DNA of 64,000 bases from Chrysomallon squamiferum (taxonomy: Eukaryota > Animalia > Mollusca). Within the stretch, counting starts at the first letter, position 1. Every line of letters starts with the position of its first letter. The notes under the pieces are model-generated. The model was not told the origin of the DNA, ran no database searches, and saw only the letters and a list, made by a program, of their open reading frames with translations. Shown piece by piece: positions 59,359-64,000 of the stretch. The DNA lies in contig CM022670.1 of assembly GCA_012295275.1 (NCBI GenBank), forward strand, positions 10,726,001 through 10,790,000. The letters run 5' to 3'. Position numbers and translations under genes: made by a program.

Positions 59359-60247
59359 GATGCCGGTTGTCGACTGTTCTAACGCAATGCTTCTGGTAAA
59401 CAGTTGAGCAAACGCTTGTATTTCCGGGGTCGTAATATATATTGGAAATCTTCGTAAATCCCGAACATTGACGATATGTCCCGACTGGATAGTCTGATTG
59501 TAGCACGATCCACTAACGCACCTTTCGTAGGAACAACTTTCATTTTGATTTGATAAATTTTAGTAAATACACAATTTATTTTTTGTTTAAATAATGTTTA
59601 AGGAATATTTAATATATATACAGATTAAAAAAACAAAAGAAAAAGAAAGCCTGAAACAAACATCACAATTTTGTCTGGTAGATTGAAATTACAAAGCTGT
59701 AACAAATTTTCGAAGTTCTAATTTTAGGAGACATACTCTGGATCCTATCATAAGTACAGGATATATAATAAAAGGCGACACGTTTGTCTATCTGATTTCA
59801 TAATTAGACATTCCATCCATGAAGATTCTTTATATACTCATTTATTTCTTTATTCTCCTTGTAAATTATAAGTTTCTTCTTTCTTTCTCACTCTTCATAT
59901 CTGTTTTTTTTTTTTCTTCTTCTTAAAAAGATTTTAAAATTTTAATCAACCTTAGATTATCAACAGATGATGATTAATTTCTTTATCCATAAGAAACAAC
60001 TGCCCTTTCGTGAAGTATAGCTTTATAGGTAGGATTATGTATTACTAAAAAAAAAAAAAAAATAATAAAAACACCCCAAAACCCCATTGGTTTCAGAACT
60101 TGTAGCTCTAACATATAGCCTAGGGTTACAGAAAGTTAGCAGAAAAATTGGTTATTTTATCAGACATGAAAACGGAAGCAATTATGTCTGATAAACGGAA
60201 AATTTATTTCAAACACATTTTAAAAGAAAATGAAAAATAACAAACTG

Positions 60248-60282
<35 letters not shown>

Positions 60283-60440
60283 CGTGCGTGCATGTCTCTC
60301 TCGCTTCTCTTACATTATGCTTATGTGGAGAAAAAAGTTTTTATTTCCAAAGACTGCACGAATAAATATTTAATCGCAGCTAATATTCTACTATATAAAA
60401 ATGAAACGCCCTACTCCTGCGTTTTTGTATTTGCCTAATA

Positions 60441-60761
60441 CAGGTACCGGATCAATTATCCGGACTCCTTGGGGCCTGAGGCATTCCCCGGATTTCAGGA
60501 TTTTTCCGGTGTTCTGGTACCAATGCATTTAAATACGTAAATAATTAGGCATAAACATTTTAAAATTAAAAACATAAAGAACTGTGGCGACTAGATACGT
60601 AAACAGTGCGGCGAGTGAATGAACGCCACACGGCTTTAAAGAGTAGTTCCGGTCTGCTGAGGACAACACCCACGCGCGCGAACAATGAAAATAGAGTCGG
60701 GGGAAAACTTCCGGTTTTCTAGTCTTTCCGGATTTCAGGACGCCGGATAATTGGTCACCTG
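60441..60761. mobile_element. ~320-bp MITE, Tc1/mariner-pogo-like
   Basis: TA|CAGGTaccggatCAATTATCCGG ... CCGGATAATTGgtcACCTG|TA imperfect TIRs with TA flanks; CCGGATTTCAGGA repeated near both ends. Confidence 0.7.
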
Positions 60762-61689
60762 TAATGATTATGAAAAAAATAAAAATAAAAAACCCAAAAC
60801 AACAACAACAAAAGAAAAGAAAGAAAAAAAAACGAAACAGAAACATTGAACCTACTATAGACTTTTTTCTTTTTTTTTATCAAGCTTTGGCCTGTGCTCA
60901 AATTACCGAACTTTAGTATGGTACTTAGTATAAAAACTCTAAAATTAATTAAATTATAAAAAATAATTCATGATATTCAAAAAATATGACTGATAATAAA
61001 ATTCTTCCACACATTCCGGTAATCGATGTCGGCATTTGAATAGTCTCTATTTCCCGCTACGTTGACTTGACGTAACTAATTCAGCGAAAATCAAAAGAGT
61101 AAGAAGCTGTCCAGCATTTGCGACCATATTAATATTATGTTTGTGATTTGTATATAATTTTTAAAATACAATGTTATAAATTATTGAAAACAATCTCAAA
61201 CAAAAATCACAAATAAATATATAAATAAGTAGATAAATAAAATGAAAAAAGAAACAAAAATAAAATAAAACCCATTTAAATAGGTATTAGTGATTTTATT
61301 ATTATTATTATTATTATTCTTAATGTAATTATTGTATTAGTATTATAGTTTTAATATTATCATTATATATATATATATATATATATGATAATAATATTAA
61401 AAATAATAATAATAATAAACTATATAAAATTACATAGGAATGTGTGATATAAATTGTAACAGGACAGTCCCGTAGACTCGGTACTGTACCGTATATCGTA
61501 CTCTTTCATTTCCAGAGGTATGAAAATCATTTAGTTAATACAATAATTAAGTTCCATTTGTATTATTATTAAAATACTGACAACTTATTTATAATTATTT
61601 TATAAACATAATTTAGAAAGAATTTTAAAATATAATTATTCTTAATTTTAAAACAAAATAACTATTTTATTTTTATTTTTAAAATACAC

Positions 61690-61745
61690 AGCTAGCGGCT
61701 ATTTTTAACCTGGCGTGACGTCATTCAAGCATGGCGGAAAAACAA
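61690..61745 (+). promoter_or_regulatory. Candidate TBC1D1/4 promoter (CRE plus YY1-like motif)
   Basis: TGACGTCA at 61716-61723 and CATGGCGG at ~61730 in a CpG-retaining segment upstream of the exon. Confidence 0.5.
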
Positions 61746-61999
61746 ACGCATGTAATTTTGGCGACCAAAATACTAACTACTTTCCACAATGCATTGTTGT
61801 CTAACATATCTGACATTTATGTATGAGCTAATTAGTGATTTATGCTTCCAAGACAAAATGTCATTACCACTTTCTTCTCTGTTATAGCCAGTGGCCTTGT
61901 TTATTTGAGAAAAACTCGTGTCGTTGTGACCGAATTACCCCAGCTGCGTCTGCAAGTGCCTGGCTGATCAGCTGTTCAGCCGGAAAGAAAAAACGAGCG

Positions 62000-62386
62000 A
62001 TGATCAACTCCGAACCAGAACCGTGTAGTGTCGATAGCAGCAAGACCACAGACACAATGAAGAAACGATTTCATGTGGTATATTTGGGATCGTCGTCAAT
62101 GGATAGACGATATACTCAATGCATCCAGCCTTGGGTAATGGCCGAAATCAGGAGGAAAAAAGAGGGATTTAGAGATGTTATTTTGGATGTTCTGCCACAG
62201 TCACTTCGAGCCACAACTTGGAATGCAGCTGGAGTACCAGAAGTGCTGTTTGAACACAAACTTCAAGAGTTGACGAGATTTGCTAAACTGCACCAAGATC
62301 CCAGATGCTTTGCATATCTGTCTCGTCAGCAGTTAAATAATGACGATTTTGAATGTCATGTTTTTTTGACAAGTCATGAAGACATG
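62000..62386 (+). CDS. TBC1D1: First coding exon of a TBC1D1/TBC1D4 (AS160)-like RabGAP, N-terminal PTB domain; the gene continues beyond the window
   Basis: FHVVYLGS...PWVMAEIRR...LFEHK...DPRCFAYL...CHVF matches PTB1 of TBC1D1/4 (PWVVAEVRR...DPSYFACL...CYVF); GTAAGT donor at 62387. The start codon is uncertain. Confidence 0.82.
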
Positions 62387-64000
62387 GTAAGTATACAAAA
62401 AAAAAAAAAAATTATTTACACTTTTAGTGTTTATGTGTCAGTAATGATTTTATTTTTTTATCATTTTATTACATTTTCCATCATTTATATCTATTTAATT
62501 GGTTATATTTCAGGTTAAATCAGTTGGTGCATTTGAATTTTTATTTTATTTGATTTTACAATTATTTCATTTTTAACTTGGTATCTTAGTGCCTGAGGGA
62601 CATTAGAAATAATCAAAATAGATATCCTTTACTTTTTGTTAATATCCTGCTATTTTTAAATACAGCTGATGGAATATGATTCAGGTTATAAAAATATCTG
62701 TCTTTGATAGCATTTTTAAATAAGCAGACAGCTTTTATGTTTATGTTTTTTTTTAATTTTATTAGTGCTTAAAGTAGATAAAGAACAATACTTATAGAAA
62801 TTTATCCATTAGAAAATAATTCTGTGTACAAGATGATGTTCTGGAAGGAATTTGTAACTTATTTTTTCACTGAAGTTGTAAAGTAAATTTAATTGGTTTT
62901 TAATATTAATTTCTTGAAGAAGCTTATTTCTTCAAAATTACTTTTGTGATGTAAAGTGACATATTCCACAGACAGTTGATACTTATTATTCTTAGAACAG
63001 CAACTTGACAATGAATTGCTGATGATACTGCTTGTGACACCACACACACACACACACATGCACTGGTATCATTTGACTCACACTTTTTAAAATCATTTGA
63101 AAACTAGGTGAAATCAGAGTTTATGTATTTTTGTTATTGTAAATTATTTCTGAAACTGCATTTTCTTCGTTTTATATAAAACTATTTTTCAAAAGTCCTC
63201 ACTGATTTTATAGATGGTATTTGTTGAAAATTAAAGTGTACTGTATAACAGGCACTTCTTATGTTGATGATCATAATAATTTTATCTGCCAAAATTATTG
63301 TACAGTTATCATAAATTGTTTTGTAATTACTGATCTTTTACAACAGACAGGGAAAAATTAACAATAAATAATACTAAATGTAAAAAATTAAAAAATAAAT
63401 TATAATTATTGAACTTCATCTTTTATAATAGAATATACAACATTTAGAATGGTTGATTCTAATATTTCTTTTGCTGAATTTTGTTTAAAAGCATTAGTGA
63501 TAATTAAATATGAAAATTTGTTTAAATAATAGCTATCTAATTGAAAATCTTTATTAAACAAAATGTTCAACTCAGAAATGAAAAATAATGTGTCTGTGTT
63601 TGTATTACAAAAGAAAAAGAAATGTCAGCACATTCTATTTTTTTATAATTAAAAGAGGATTTAAAAACACTGTTAAGTAATCGATGAAATATTTGAAAAA
63701 GGATTATAATATACTTAGAATTTTATCTTTAAAAAAAAAAAAAAAAAATCAGAACCTATTAGGATTATGCTGTCAGTTATTTGAGTAATCAATAGTAATT
63801 AAAACTAACAATAGCTGCTCCATTGTGGATAACAAAAACAAAAAAGACAACAAGAAACAGTTTAGAAAGGGGTTAAAAAATTAAATAAAATAAAATAAAA
63901 AAGGACAGCTATCCTTTTTATGATATCTATAATGTTGTATGTGTACTAATTGCCATAAGATATATTTTTATTTATGTATTGCAGTTATTGCAAATACTAA

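Noticed and set aside
61731-61891. Extra upstream TBC1D exon MAEKQTH spliced (GTAATT ... CCAG) in frame to the PTB exon
   Set aside because: Weak donor, requires skipping a nearer AG, and the added peptide is unrecognisable; ATGGCGG is equally explained as a YY1-type promoter motif. Needs cDNA evidence.

Overview
AT-rich, microsatellite-laden animal genomic DNA, probably a mollusc or other lophotrochozoan (inferred from repeat types and gene content; not provable here). Three spliced protein-coding genes can be built by hand. (1) A KLF5-type Kruppel-like factor on + (4 coding exons, 14939-18950, 475 aa) with a CRE/CArG/TATA/Inr promoter and a ~1.9-kb 3'UTR. (2) A complete 9-exon UCH-L1/L3-type ubiquitin C-terminal hydrolase on - (59358-44359, 227 aa) with a 12-nt microexon and a GC-AG intron. 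(3) The first PTB-domain exon of a TBC1D1/TBC1D4 RabGAP on + (62000-62386), head-to-head with UCH. The trio recalls the vertebrate KLF5/KLF12-TBC1D4-UCHL3 and TBC1D1-KLF3-UCHL1 neighbourhoods. The KLF gene sits in a ~42-kb gene-poor, CpG-retaining domain rich in CRE, ETS, AP-1, STAT and Capicua-type motifs. That domain includes a locally amplified ETS-CRE module array and a decayed copy of the KLF zinc-finger exon. The KLF protein carries three RRxS/acidic-hydrophobic motifs spaced exactly 57 aa apart. Almost all other ORFs in the track are simple-repeat artefacts. No CRISPR, rRNA or intact tRNA gene was seen.
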